Part shown: piece after piece, positions 26,658 through 40,703 of the stretch
Layout of the letters: each line of letters opens with the position of its first letter
Position numbering within the stretch: the first letter of the stretch is position 1
Assembly: GCF_023055435.1 (NCBI RefSeq)
Contig: NW_025963783.1
Span: 620,001 to 684,000, forward strand
DNA: 64,000 nucleotides
From: Haliotis rufescens
Lineage: Eukaryota
Reading direction: 5' to 3'
Program-made: the position numbers and the translations under genes
Notes under the pieces: generated by a model
The model's database searches: none
Seen by the model: the letters and a program-made list of their open reading frames with translations, nothing else
Told to the model about the DNA's origin: nothing

Positions 26658-29088
26658 CCGTTAATACTGTGGACGTGCATCACCTTCTGCATTGATTTAG
26701 TTTGAACTTGCGTTTTCAAATTTTTCAAATTTCATTTGTAAATTTGTTGAGATTCTTTTGGCCGCTTGTTTATATAGTGTTTAGTGTAGAATACTTAACG
26801 TGTGGCGTGCAGTGTTTATTGTATAGCGTGTAGGACATAATATCCCAGTAAATAATGGGCCGAGGAGTTTTCTCTTTCCAGTCCGTTCCACAACATGAAG
26901 TAAGAAACCAATTACAATGTCAAAAAGTATTTCGTAATCCTACGGTGTTTTTAATGTCATCCTGCCAGGGCTACAGTACATCACACGCTGCCGGCGACCT
27001 GTGTCGACAAGTGGAGCAACTGTGACTCCTACCCTCACTCGTGTGCGCCAGTGTACAAAGACTGGGCGTCCGCCAACTGTGCCAGCTTCTGCAACTTGTG
27101 TTGAGCGTCTTGGAATCTGTACCGAGAAGATGAGGGACGCATGGAGTCTGCACTGCGAGATTTTGTTACACATATTAAATGACAAGGTCAAATGACATCA
27201 ACATACGTCGAATATATTGCCTCAAAGGCTATTATCAGAGAGTGGGCCTTTCTCTTTACTAATCTAAACCCCATATACTGTCTCAGTTAGTGTCCCTGGT
27301 AAAACAAAAACAACAGCCTTTATGAGTTTAGGGTAATTGGTTTCAAAATATTTACATTGACCGCAGACACAGAGTAGATAAAGTTGAAGAATGTTTTCTC
27401 AATTAGAAGGCTCAAAAGTTAGCTGTGCAGAATTGCTGTACTTTGCTTCAGGCCCAGATCCTATAATCGTGGTCGGGAATTCCAGCTTTGCATTGATTAT
27501 GATGTTTTTGCTGCCCGCACCATGCCCGTGCCTGTAGTTTCCCCACCTGATTAACTGAAACGCCTTTCAAAGTTTACCAAAACTCACTCGCTGATACACT
27601 TTAACACCGCTTAATTAACAGTATTTCAGTTACATCACGTCGACATAGTGTTTGTGGCCGGACTCGATATAGTAAATAGACGTTTGCAACTTTGGTGAAA
27701 CCCACGTGCACAGGTATGGTGCTGACAACCCTAGAAACAACCAGGGCGAATCTGTGATCCGAACTAACGACATCAGGCATGGTCTAAGGGAAGCAACTCT
27801 GCACAGTCTATTAAGCCCCTTACACAACTGAGCTCCCAGTGGGGAACTAAGCCAAACTGAATGGAATCACATATCTTTTACATTACTTTTGACTCATGTG
27901 AATCATGCATAGAAAACGTAGGATGATCATATAGGAATCGAATAAGTCAATTCTTTCAAATAGTTCAATAAATTACAGATACACTGATAAACCATAAATA
28001 GACGACAAAAATCAAACATCAAGAAAACGAAGCACTGTTGTTGAGTATACACTGGACGCGTCCTTGCATGTCAGTCGCTATCAGTGTTTTACCTGCAGTG
28101 ACTAGACTGGTTACCAGTATGTGCGCATCAGACAACGCATACCAGTTTAGAGAACCGCCTCTCGACACGCCTGGACACAGTCGACATGGCGTCAGGCAGA
28201 CTGGAAGAATGAGAGGTTAAAACACTGACAATTCAAGGTAATGTGAGCATTGGCAGCATGCAAGTTTGTTTGACTTCCCGTATATATACTTGATCAGTGT
28301 GACGTGGGGTGTTACACAATACTGAAACTTGTAAACTTGCAATGTCCTGAAACCAGCCAACCAACCAACCAACCAATCAGTCAACAAATCAATCAGTATG
28401 TTTTCATGATGCGGGTGAGGCCAACGGCCGGGTTGTTACAAGTTCTCAGAGCATAACAAATGAACAAATATATTCTTATGGATTCTGTGCAATATTTTGC
28501 AAAATTTGTTAACATTTCCATTGTGGTAGAACTAGTGATTTAGATACTCTTTTCTAAACTAATTATAAATTTTGACATCATTTGTTGCATCTTGTACAAA
28601 ATCTAAGTTCTCTTAAAATATTTGCACAATGCCTATTTCAATAAATAAATCACGTGAGCTATAACGGAGTCCAGAAAAAGATAGCAAACTTATGTCAAAT
28701 TACAATTAGAAGAGAATGTTCTACTATCAAAGTAGTCTTGAATATGCACCATGACTGTGGAATATATGTATTTTATAAAAACAAAACCTATCTAGTTTTA
28801 TATAAAATTAGTTCTAGCCAGCTCTAACAATCCCTATGAAATCAGCATCAGGAAAATTAATTGTTTTTATTTAATAAGAGAGAAATGTTATGTGTAATAA
28901 AATATTACAAAGACGATGTATTAGTCTGCCTCAGTGTTAGTGTAGTAATTGGCTTTGTTGGAGCTGGACAAGTCATTACTTAAAATTATGATGATAAATC
29001 TTTCACTTCACCTCAACTGAAAATATGTAATTCACAAAAGGGTCAAAATCTAAAATTGTTTGTTCATAAATATGTTTTACTATTACAG

Positions 29089-31817
29089 ATGGCGATGCAC
29101 AAGACATTAACAGACAATTGCTTGACTTGCAGCATCTGCATGGACGTCTTTGATGACCCCTGTGTGTTATCACACATTTTGTCGGAAGTGTGTCGTTAGC
29201 TACACTGAAACCAGACCAGAAGCCATCAGTGCCAAGTCTCTCCTCTGTCCATTCTGTCGTAAGATGACCAAAGTAGCCAACTCAAACAGGCCAGTTGAAG
29301 AGTGGGCACAGGAGGTGAAACCCAGCTTCTTGATTCAGGGTCTATTGGATTCCTTCGCTCCCTGCAGTCAAGGTATAAGGAGACATTAGAGACCATGGTG
29401 GTTGGACTTCCACTCAATCCATATAGTTTTAATTCTATGACGGACTCGTTTTTGTCCTAACATTACTTGAATATCTCTGTCATTTCTTTCAGTGGCACAC
29501 TATTAGACCTGCAGTCAATCCGGTAAGATATTTTCTCGTTTGCTTCTGAAACAAATTATTGATTCTCATGATTTTGAAGCAATGTTATTGACCTTGTCTG
29601 GTCACAATGCCACGTATTTAACGCCTTTATTATTGCATACGAACACAAAAATACATTTTTCAATTTATTGTTGTATCAACTGAATTTTGTAATTTTCAAG
29701 TTCATAGAATTATATTTATGGTGACATTCTAACATGTCTTCGCAAGAATGACTTTTAAGCTTCTAAAAACGAGTGCTGCTTGCAGGTGTTTTTATTACCA
29801 GTTGATAGGTACATTTTATTGTGGAAAACTCGATCAGTTGTCAAATGTCACTTTGGTGAAACCCATGGGCACAAGGATTGCGCCGACATACCATGAAACA
29901 TGATGAGGGCAACCCTGGGATTTGAGGGATACAGATATGCAGATTTAGACGACTGCGCCCCTGTTTCCCCTTAAATTGGTACTGAAAAAGGGAAGGATAA
30001 ATGTCTTTATAAAGATGACGCAAATAGGTGGTCTTATATTCATATTTCCTATTCATGTGAAGCACTTTCTAAGTGCATCCTAATAGAACCTATATTTCTT
30101 TGTACACCACCTTAAATATTATTTATATCAGCATAATACATGTGTATATTTCTTTTCAGGAACAAATAACTGCAACTTTTGTGACGAGGACGGGGAGACA
30201 ACTCCAGCCAATGCTTGGTGCGTCGAATGTAATGTCTCGCTCTGTGATGGATGCCTGAAGGCACATAGAAGTATCCCTGCCACCCGTCACCATGACGTAT
30301 CTGACTTGTCAAGGGATGTCAAGGTAAAGACAAGACGCAAACCTATGTGTAAAGAACATCCAGATCAGAGGATGCAGTTCTACTGCAAGGACTGTAAGAA
30401 ACTACAATGTCAATCGTGTTGCATCTTGTATCACAGAAAGTGTGAGCCCATTGTCTCGCTTGAATCTGTGTTGCCTGAAATGCAAAACACTCTTCAAACT
30501 GTGCAACAGAAACTAGAGGCTTATTTGGCAACATCAAACACTCGCCTTGCAAAGAAGGAAGCAAAATGTACTGAAATTAATGAGAACAAGTCAAGCCTTC
30601 AGTCTCAGGTCCGATCAGGAACCCAGGCCGCCATTGACTTGATAAAGAAGAAGGAAAGACAACTCCTGGAACAAATAGATGACGTCACAGAGAAACAAAT
30701 AGGACAGCTGAAAGGGGACATGAAGCGTGAGGAGATGGCCAGGCAGATGATTCGTCAACACTCGGAGTTGCTGGGCAGAGCTCTGGAGTCTGAGAGTGAC
30801 GTGGACATCTGTGAGATGTATCTGTGGAGTGAGTCGAAGGAGGCAGCCACTGTGTGTGTCCCAGAGTCAGGTATGGAGGATGTATCTGGGGGCAAGGCTT
30901 GTTTCATACACGATCGTCATCTGATGTGTGAGAAACTAAACGATCTACACTTGGGTGTGATTGATATCATTGTTGAAGATGCTTTTGATTCTCCATCAAC
31001 AGCAGTTCTGTATGACACAGTGGACATACAGGCAGAAGATGATGAGAAGAAACCCAATGCTTTTGACGTGGCAGTGTTTGTTGTCGACAACACAGACACC
31101 ATAGTTGTGACAGATCGTGAAAACAAATGTGTGAAATCCTTCTACAAAAGAAACAAGAAGTCATGTCAGAGTAAGCTGGAGGTACAAAGCGCCCCTCTAC
31201 GTATTGCAAATTTAAACAACAATAAAATGGCTGTGACTCTCCCTAACACTAAGAAAATAATAATAGTAGAAGTGAAGCCTGAACTGGTTCTTCAATCATC
31301 TATCTCTACAAGGCAGAGGCATGTGGGTCTGACATCCCTGACACCGACAACCCTGGCAGCAGGATCACTGGATCCTCCCTGTGTGGACATCCTGGACATG
31401 GCGGGGAATGGGTTGAGGACCCTCGATCCTGTCACAGATGGAGGGAGACTTGTATCAGATCGTTCGTTCCTCAGTACCACCAGGCAGGGTAACATCCTCG
31501 TGTTCGGCAGTGGATACGGAGCTGGCAGAGTCCTCTGTCTGACTCCTCATGGAGATGTTGTGTTCAGGTATCGGCCTAAACAGCTGAATCCTTTCCCTCG
31601 TGGAATCACTGAAACCAACACAGAACATATCCTGGTTATAGATCGCAGAGCAAAATGTGTGATTCAACTCAGCGCTTCTGGGACGTTTGTGAGGGAAGTC
31701 TTGACGTCACGTGATGGTATTACATCTCCGCATGGTCTCTACCTGTCTGAAAGTCAGCACCTGTATGTCATCGATGATGACTGTCTGAAGATCTACAGAT
31801 TTACAAGAAACAACTAA
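29089..31817 (+). pseudogene. TRIM-A3; 8-nt frameshift in the RING exon, exon 2 fully open
   Basis: Exon 29089-29372 is 284 nt versus 292 in the other copies; tgtacact is lost at ~29163, giving TAG at 29197-29199. Exon 2 (30160-31817) has no stop. Confidence 0.9.
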
Positions 31818-33309
31818 GATGTGGAAGCATAACGATTGTTCCTGATAGAATCCCTCACTATCTGAGTGACAATAGTTGTAAATATGACTTTCATATACAA
31901 GTGAAAAATCAGTCTACATTGTCCGCTGAAACATATTAAAATTTGACGTAAAGTGCAAAATAGTTATGAAATTTATATGAATGGACCAGGGATATTGAGT
32001 GATGACACCAGGTGTTCGCGATGCGTTAATTTTAACCTACGAATTAAGTGCACCGATTCTGCTTCTTAAAAGAAAGAAGAACGTTTAAGAACTATTATGT
32101 GGGGCAGTGGTTGGGGGGTGCACAGTTTTATTGAGCCCACACCAGGTGTTCGCGATGTTTGTGTTACGTCGCTCAATGAATACTATCTATAACCGATATC
32201 CCGATGTCGGGTATTGTGTAATTTCACCCGTCGGGGCTACGGATAAAGGGAAATTAAGTGACTTAATGTCGTCCTTGACAGTGCAAAAACGTGGGATCAG
32301 GAAAGCCACCGTTTTCTAAAAAACATTGAATATACAACTTGCAACTCGGCAGTACGGATTATCTGCCCCTCGTGAATTACTGTTGACGTGACCCGTGACG
32401 ATCCAGGGTAGAATAGGTCTTCAGCAACCGACTAACGGGATCCGGTTCTCAGGCTCGCTGTCTTGGTTGATGCAGGTCATCGTATCCCAAATGGGTAGAT
32501 CGATACTCATGATGTCAATCACTGAATCGCGTGGTTAGGATCGCTTATGTTAGTAGGTTTGTCAGCACCATACCCTCGTGGGTTTCAATAAAATGGTAAA
32601 ACCGACACCTGCATCATTTCGTGTTTTCCTCCCACATTAAGCTGACAGGCCATGCTATTACTGGAATATTGTTCAGAGCGGCGTTGAACCCAACCCACTC
32701 ACTCACTCCGATTTCCCCTCCTGTCCTGTATATGGCTGATGCTTTTTGTTTGAGTGTTTATTCCCCACTCATTCAAAAATATACATGATTGTTTGTTATG
32801 TTATAGTATAGTTATAGTCCGGCTAACAGTCGAGGTATTAACATCACGAGCATCGATATTCCCATCTGAAATACGTTGACATGCAACTGCGAACCTGACC
32901 GCCAGATCCCTATAGTCGCCTCTTACGACGTGCATGGGTTGCCGAAGTCCAGTTCCAACCCGGATCACTTCGTAGGACATACATGACGATAGAACACACG
33001 TATCGCATTGTCTGATACAAACAACAGCAGTGACAAATAACCACACGTGATAGTGAATTAACCAGGCCCGGCCTTGAACCTGTAAGATAACCAAATCATG
33101 TGTACCAAATAGATATATGTGGGTGGGAGAGAATATTATTTTAAGTCTATGTTTAGCGATTATCCAGCAATATTGCCATAGCAAACCAAAATAATTGGCA
33201 TCACACATTGTCCCCATACTAGGGAGGACCGTTAGCTCACTGGCATCCGTGCACAATTTTAATGTTTCAACATGGTGTACTGTCAGCAATCGGGCGGTGC
33301 AAAGCTATC

Positions 33310-33575
33310 TGGTTGGTTGGTTTGTTGTTTAACGCCGCACTCAGCAATATTCCAGCTATATGACGGCGGTCTGTAAATAATCGAGTCTGGACCAGACAAT
33401 CCCGTGATTGATATCATGAGCATCGATCCATGCAATTGGGATACGATGACATGAACCATGACAGCGAGCCTGTCCACCCGATCCTGTTAGTCGCCTCTTA
33501 CGACAAGCATAGTCACCTTTTACGGCAAGTATGGGTTGCTGAAGACCTGTTCTACCCCGGATCTTCACGGGTCGC
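33310..33575. mobile_element. Dispersed SINE-like repeat family (cagcaatattccagctatatgacggcggtctgtaaataatcg...)
   Basis: Diverged copies in both orientations at ~9210-9395, 20670-20850, 21700-21920, 32390-32540, 33795-33930, 34900-35135, 35790-35970, 48530-48700, 61655-61830 and 63120-63330, most ending in (aaac)n. Confidence 0.75.
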
Positions 33576-33989
33576 AAGGGTACCTGACTAGCATACATTC
33601 TTAATATAAGAGGGCCACGTTGCAACATAAATGACCGCATTTTCAAACTAACTGAGTAGGTGGACGCAGACGAAGAAATAGCGTGAGACACTATGAAGCT
33701 TGAACGTGGCTGCCATTACGAATACTAAACTACAAGTTAGATAAGTGTCCCTGTGGAACTGTTTCACCACAGGGCGTGAACAACGGAATGGTGGTTTGTT
33801 TGTTTGTTGTTTAACGCCGCACTCACAAATATTCCAGCTATATGGCAGCGGTCTGTAAATATTCCAGTCTGGACAAGACAATCCAGTGATTGATATTATG
33901 AGCATCGATCAACGAAATAAGGATACAATGACTTACAGGGTCCGGACTAGCTGAGGGTAAACTGTACCATTGCGTACCATTGTATACCA

Positions 33990-34870
33990 CTGTATACGGC
34001 TCCGAACTTTTGGGATACGAAGTCGTGGAGAGTTCAGACTAAGTATATAAAAAGAATTCTGTATCTGCCTCTGATTTCTTGTAATGATGCTGTTCTTGGA
34101 GAAAGTAGTCGACCTCTATTATTTCTCACCTATATATTCTCACCTATGTGACAAAATGTGTAAAATATTTGGATAAACTAGTCACAGTGAATAATGGCCG
34201 ACTTCCGAAGCAAACGTCACTAATGCTGTATGGATTGGATTGCGTAAACAGAACTTCCTGGGCCACTAAAATAAAACATATCTTATTCCAGTTTGGCTTT
34301 GGCTTTGGCTACGCCTGGATTATGCAAGATGTTGGAAATGTTTATCTTTTTATATCTCAGTTTAAGCAACGTGTATCTGATTACAACATCCAACGATGGT
34401 ATTCATCAATATAATCAAATCCAAAGCTAATGGCATATTCAACCTTCAAATCAGTTTTACAGACCGAAGTATATCTTACACAGGTCGACTCTGCACTACT
34501 GAAACAAGCGTTGTCAAGATTGATATGTGGCTGTCATCAGTTGATGGTTGGGGCAGACGCAAAGGCGTCGATCCAGAATGTAGATATTGTCTCCGATTAA
34601 ATATTAGTCAAGGGGAAAATGAATATTATTTTGCACTTGTATGCCCTGCTTAATGATTTAAGATATTGATCCATTGATCCTAAATACTTTGTAAATCCCT
34701 CACTGGAATCCTGTGTTAGCCAGATGTCATCTAATCATAAACCTACTTCTGTACAGCTATCAAAATTCATATTGAATGCAGTGAAATTGTAAAAGTCACT
34801 TTATGAGTAATTGTATTCCTGTAATGTTATGTTCTCTGGGCCTGTGGCCTCTAACTTGAAGTAAAGGTGT
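33990..34870 (+). mobile_element. 3' fragment of a non-LTR retrotransposon ORF2 (clade uncertain, RTE-X/L2-like)
   Basis: Broken frame reads NDAVLGE..KCVKY..RLPKQ..SWATKIKHILFQFGFG..FKQRVSD..W..CRYC..ENEYYFALVCP, typical of the post-RT region and degenerate C-terminal zinc knuckle. Confidence 0.75.
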
Positions 34871-36539
34871 TGTCCGTATATCACTGTGTACCACCATTCC
34901 GTAGACCAGGTCTTCAGCAACCCATACTTGCGTAAAAGGTGACTATGCTTGTCGTAAGAGGCGATCAGGTGGTCAGGCTCGCTGACTTGGTTGATGCATG
35001 TCATCATATCCCAAATGGGTGGATCGATACTCATGATGTGAATTACTGGATTTTCTGGTCCAGACTCGATTATTTACAGACCCTCGTCATATAGCTGGAA
35101 TGTTGCTGAGTGTGGCGTTAAAGAACAAACAAAAATCAATCGTAATCGAAACGCCGCACGATGTATTTTACTTGCGCTTCCAGGAGATGTAACGTCAATG
35201 TATTGAGTGAAGCGTTCATAAAAAACATATGTGAATTTACTGAGCATTGGGTGTAGGGTGCGATCAACAAGCTTGCTGATATCGTGTTATTCCTCCAACC
35301 ACATATATTGTATACATTCCAACCTCATGTGTTTACTACCTGTAAGCAAGTGTTGTGTTACTTCAAAGTATGAAAAATATAGTCAATGAAATGTACAAAA
35401 CGTAGATCCCCTGTAGTGCAATAGAAACCTGACTTCTTACAAACCAGTGGGTGAGAAACCCATTTGAGATAACTGGTATAATACATATGTATGAGATCGA
35501 ATTCCAGGCCCGTGACTGGCTACTCTATGGTAATGACCTAAGGTCAGATTAGAACGTGCTACTTTCCTGATTGCAATTCATAAGTTACTCGTGCTTCGGT
35601 CAAATTCACCTGCGTCTGTGCCGAGTTTTTACGGTTTTTGAGTGTCAATTCTTTGTTTTTTCTAGTTTGCATTGTCTTGGTCGCCTTGATAATCCACAGA
35701 TATGGCAGAGAGTTTTATTGTGGGGGGTCAGTAGGTATGGGCAGTAGGCAGAATGCCGGATGACGTCACAAATAACCGATGTGTAATGTTGCTTGTTTGT
35801 TGTTTATCGCCGCACTCACCAATATTCCAGCTATATGACGGCGGTCTGTAAATAATCGGACCAGAGAATAGAGTGATTGATATCATGAGCATCGATCCAT
35901 GCAATTTGGATACCATGACATGCATCAACCAAGTCAGCGAGCCTGACCACCTGATCCCGTTAGTCGCCAAGGTGATCATGAGAATTCGATGCTCAAATGG
36001 TGCGATGTTGGAGTGTGTAAGAATCAGATTGATGAATTCATGTCTGTCGTGTAGTAATCTTTGTACATTCATCGATTCAAGCAAACATTACGTTACGACG
36101 CGCATCGTTAAACAGAAAAGCGTGTCAAACTGTCTACACACTAATACTGTGATATCCCTCGACTTATGTAGTCCATTATACAGTTTGATGATGTATTGCT
36201 GTCTTTTGATGACATTAAAGTAGCTATGGACAAAATCTGTTTAACAGTGCCCGCACAACGTCTATATAGGGACTGTATGGTGTATCGCATATATCGATAG
36301 TCAGAGAACGTTTCACATTCGTATGGAAGTAATTTACTGCTGTCAGTCTTTGTTGACACGAATATGTTTTTCTCATCTCTAAAACCCACAAACGATTGTT
36401 TATGTTTTTGTCTCACGGAAGAAATCGCGAATGTTTTCGTCATACGACGTCGTCGCCTATGGTGGTCGCCATTTTTGTGAAGCTATACGAGATACGGACA
36501 GCGATCTGACTGGATATCATTAGCCTGCCCCACCAGTGG

Positions 36540-37800
36540 CCCCTGTCACAAACACATGCAAAGGCAAGTCACTTTCCTCCGGAAAAATAAGATACGGGAA
36601 CATATGGTACATGTCAAAATAGGGAATTGCATTGGACAACATTCTTGTCACTGATGCGTCACATTTGGAAATGTCCTCCACATAAATCCTAAGTCTACCA
36701 TAAATCTTTGAAAGCTTTGCCGAGGCCTTGAATAGTGTGACCTAGATCAAACAACTTCAGAACAAGAGTCTTATGACACTTTTGTAGTAAGAGCATGTCC
36801 GATTGTTCCTCAAAAGCTGTGAAATGTAGACACCAAAGGCTGAAGCTGCAGGAATATTGCTAGACAATATTTGAAAGTTGGAGTCATCCCTCTTACACAG
36901 CCTTTTGGTGAGTGTTTTATCGCCCAGAATCTTTATACAAAGATCTAAATATGAACCAGATGAGCCGATCTCACTGGTCTCCATTATTTCTAATTCAGGG
37001 GGGTAAATCAGTGGAAGGATAGTGGTTATTGAGGTGAGGTGAGGTGAAATTGGGTTTAACGTCGCGTCCAAGATTATTGCACTTATATAGCGACGTGCAT
37101 GCACGTGTGTGTGTGTGTGTGGCTGCTTGTACTAGTCCGGACTGATGCCGATTTATAGTGCTAGCTCACTGAGATACCATGCCGCAGTTTAACATGAATA
37201 CCCTACTCAGACACAGTATACTGACTCCGAGCCGACCAGTCCTTGTTTTAGACCCTTAATCCCGAGCGCCAGACAGGGTAACAACAAGTACCATCTTTTA
37301 ACGTCTTTTGGTATGACGCGGCGGGGGATCGAACCCTGGACCTTCCGCTCTCCGGGCGGACGCTCTACCACAAGACCACGGAGGCGGTGATGGTTAATGA
37401 ACAATTAAAGATCATCGATATACCTGAAGCACAATTAGTGCCCATGGGAATGTTATCAATGAGGAAGTCCAGCATTCACACACATTGTTTTCTCAGTAAA
37501 CTTCAGATGACATTTGCTTCCGTTATTGACAAATTGCCCTGAACCTCTGAAGACAGATATGTGACCACGTTTTGTATGGATCAAGGAATGCAGTTTTTCC
37601 TTAAGTTTGTCATGTGGGGTAGTGATATACAAAGTTGACAAATCAAATGTGTTGACAGAACTGATTTTTGCTGTTTTCTGAGATTGTGGAATTCACATGG
37701 TATTGATTTCACTTTCACTCTAATTCTTTCTGTGAATATCTATAAAGAAATTTATTTATTGTATTAAGGATTATGGTAAATCTTTGAGACAGGGATTTGG
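36540..37800 (-). mobile_element. Penelope-like retroelement RT fragment, split by a SINE
   Basis: FDLSTLYITTPHDKLKEKL, IPMGTNCA, FRYIDDL, IYPPELE..SYLDL..KRDD, SNIPAASAFGVYISQLLR. Confidence 0.8.
37030..37389 (-). mobile_element. Full-length tRNA-derived SINE (Meta/MESC-like core)
   Basis: Pol III A box TGGTCTTGTGG, B box GTTCGATCC, core GTCATACCAAAAGACGTTAAAAGATGGTAC, (CACCT)n tail. Possible target duplication tggttattga/tggttaatga. Confidence 0.85.
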
Positions 37801-38034
37801 AGGTATAATTTCTGGAGCCAGGAATAGCTCTCTCTTTGTACGGACTTTTATTGAAAAAAGGGACGGGCATGTCTTCAGGTTATAGAGTGAAGCCAAACGT
37901 TCTGATGCGTGGTTTGGACAAATTTCTTCAGTTAACAAGCTGGCATTTTATGTGGCATTTTTGGTATGTCACTTATACCAATGTCTGTGATCAAACAATT
38001 AAGGTGGTTATGCTTACATATTATGGTGATGTTA

Positions 38035-39642
38035 TGCCTGAACTGCTCAAATGAACCACTTTGTTTGACATGTCGTCAACAACAAGCATGTCGCCTGTGT
38101 TTGTTCCAGTTCCAGTGATTAAGCATTAAGTTTTGCAATCCGCCGAGGGGGGCTCTGAACAGAGAGCTTACTCTGACAGGGTTGAGTATTGCGTGTGTAG
38201 AAGGATTTGACGCACTTGTTGTTATTATCAGTTACAACTATGGTGTCTGTACCGCCTTCATTGAACACTGCCACGTCATAAACATGAGGTAAACTTGTCT
38301 CATCTTCTGTTTGTATGTCCACTGTGTCGTGCAGAACTGATGTCGATGTAGAATCAAACACATCTTCATATATGGTATCAATTTCACCCAAGCTTACCTC
38401 GTTTATATTGTTACAGATCTCTTCACAATCATGCTTAAAACATACTTTCTCTCTCAGTTCATATTTTATATCTGAATCTGAGTCGTATACTGTAGGAAAC
38501 TCCTCTGACTCACACCACAGGTACATCTCATAGATGTCCATTTCACTTCCAGACTCCAGAGCTCTGTCTATCATCACAGAGTGATGACTTATCATCTGCT
38601 TGGCCATCTCTTCAGACTTCATTTCAGTTTTCAGTCGCTCGATATGTTTCTCAGTGGCGTCATCCAGTTGGTCCAGGAGTTGTCGTTCCTTCTTCTTTAT
38701 GGCTTCTGTGACTGTCTGGATTGTGGATCGGATCTGACACTGAACGGTGACTCTGTTCTTTATTACCTCAGTCCGTTTGGTTTCTAAATCTGTTAGCAAA
38801 CTCTCTGTTGCTTGTAAATGAGACGCTAGTCTTTCCTTAACTCCTGTAACACAGCTGATCAGTTCTGGCATAACGGATTCAAACGGTAGAATTGCCTCAC
38901 ACTTTCTGTGATACAAGATGCAACAGGATTGACATTGCAGTTTCTTACAATCTTTGCAGTAGAACTGCATGCTTTGATCTGGATGTTGCTTACAGAATGG
39001 TTTGCGTCTTTGGTTGATTTTGACCTCTGTGGACAGGTCAGATACGTCATGGTGACGAGTGGCAGGAATACGTCTGTGAGCCTTCTGGCATCCCTCACAA
39101 AGACTGATGTTACAGTCAGCACACCAAGCAGTGGCTGGAGGTGCCGCTCCTTCATCACTACATAGGATGCACTTCGGGGTATCTGCAAGTATACATACAA
39201 ATGTGTCAGTTATTTTTCAACACAAGAACTATAATATTACGAAATAACCTTTAACCTTTCAATGTACAGACGAGGAATTCACAAACCGGGGATATGAACA
39301 ATGTAGCTATGTTAGGATGAGTTCAACACTGGTAGCCTATTCGGAAATACCTTTTGTCTTGGGATTAAATGAATCCAAGAGACCCTGAATCAAAAAGCTT
39401 GGTTTCACCTCCTGTGCCCACTCTTCAACTGGCCTGTTTGAGTCGGCTACTTTGGTCATCTTTCTACAGAATGGACAGAGGAGAGACTTGGCACTGATGG
39501 CTTCTGGTCTGGTTTTAGTGTAGCTAATGACACATTTCCGACAAAATGTGTGATAACACACAAGTGTACAGGGGTCATCAAAGACGTCCATGCAGATGCT
39601 GCACGTCAAGAAGTTGTCTGTCAATTGTCGGTGCACTGCCAT
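38035..39642 (-). pseudogene. TRIM-B4; open for 451 aa, truncated in the second NHL blade
   Basis: Exons 39642-39351 and 39182-38119 (stop after IAKLNA, created by a ~390-nt deletion). A residual NHL piece at 38035-38118 abuts TE-derived DNA. Confidence 0.9.
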
Positions 39643-40425
39643 CTAAAATGTTAAAATAAAAATATTGGCATTCTCAACTTAACATCATACACCTTTTAAT
39701 CCATAAGAACCTATTTTTGTTTTTGATTGATATACGGGCAGTTTTATCAAAAATGAACTCACAGAGAGTAGATATGATACAACGATCTTTAAAGACATGA
39801 AGTAGTTTGTTATGTGCTCATGTTGCTCCGACACATGTTCATGTTCCACTGTCTATCAATGACAACAATGTTGAACAACATATAAAAGCGGTCAGTAAGT
39901 GGGAGCTCAGTTCGTGAGTTACAGTTTTGTGGATGAAAATATTAATGCTTGAAAATAGCTCAGTGTCATTTCACAGTTCCCAAATAATCACTCCACAATA
40001 CAAAGACAAAGTTATGTTTTGGAACGCGTTATTGCGTTATTGCGCGAATCCCTTAGGGTGCACATGTGTGTCTGTGTGTTTATTGGATGCATGTNNNNNN
40101 NNNNNNNNNNNNNNNNNNNNNNNNNNNNNNNNNNNNNNNNNNNNNNNNNNNNNNNNNNNNNNNNNNNNNNNNNNNNNNNNNNNNNNNNNNNNNNNNNNNN
40201 NNNNNNNNNNNNNNNNNNNNNNNNNNNNNNNNNNNNNNNNNNNNNNNNNNNNNNNNNNNNNNNNNNNNNNNNNNNNNNNNNNNNNNNNNNNNNNNNNNNN
40301 NNNNNNNNNNNNATGTGAATGTGTTTCTGTATGTGTGTTTATGTATGTGGCTGCTTGTACTTAATGCCGGTTTCATGTTGCTAGCCCACTATGCATTGAG
40401 ACACCATACCGCATTTTAACATGAA

Positions 40426-40703
40426 AGTGAGTGAGTGAGTTGGGTGTAACGCTGCTTTTAACAGTATTCCAGTTATATCAGGCGTGTCAGCTTAATGTGG
40501 GAGGAATTCCCGAAGTGATGCAGATCTCAGACGTTTACCACTTCGGTAAAACCCACGAGCATGGGTATGGTGCTGACAATCCTAGAAACATAATCGGGGC
40601 GAACCGGGATTCGAACCCACAATCATAAGTTTCTGACGTGCCCAAGGGACGCTACTGTGCACAGCGAATCACGGCGCCTTAGATGACTGGGCCACCCGTG
40701 CCC
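40426..40703 (-). mobile_element. Nested SINE with clear target-site duplication
   Basis: Flanked on both sides by tttaacatgaa; (tgag)n tail; ggattcgaacc B-box-like motif. Confidence 0.75.

Larger units (their letters stand above)
25403..27104 (+). pseudogene. Three-exon 3' fragment of a multi-ShKT gene, cassette 3
   Basis: Exon 25403-25509 (TTAPTTTTTPPPPVCEDKLST..[deleted]..CAKTCRLC, donor gtaagt). 45-nt linker exon 26184-26228. Terminal ShKT exon 26969-27104, with one G lost after the acceptor. Confidence 0.7.

Noticed and set aside
37300-37389. tRNA-like sequences (also ~26580-26657 and ~55500-55587)
   Set aside because: They are SINE heads that continue into a SINE body; no convincing cloverleaf.
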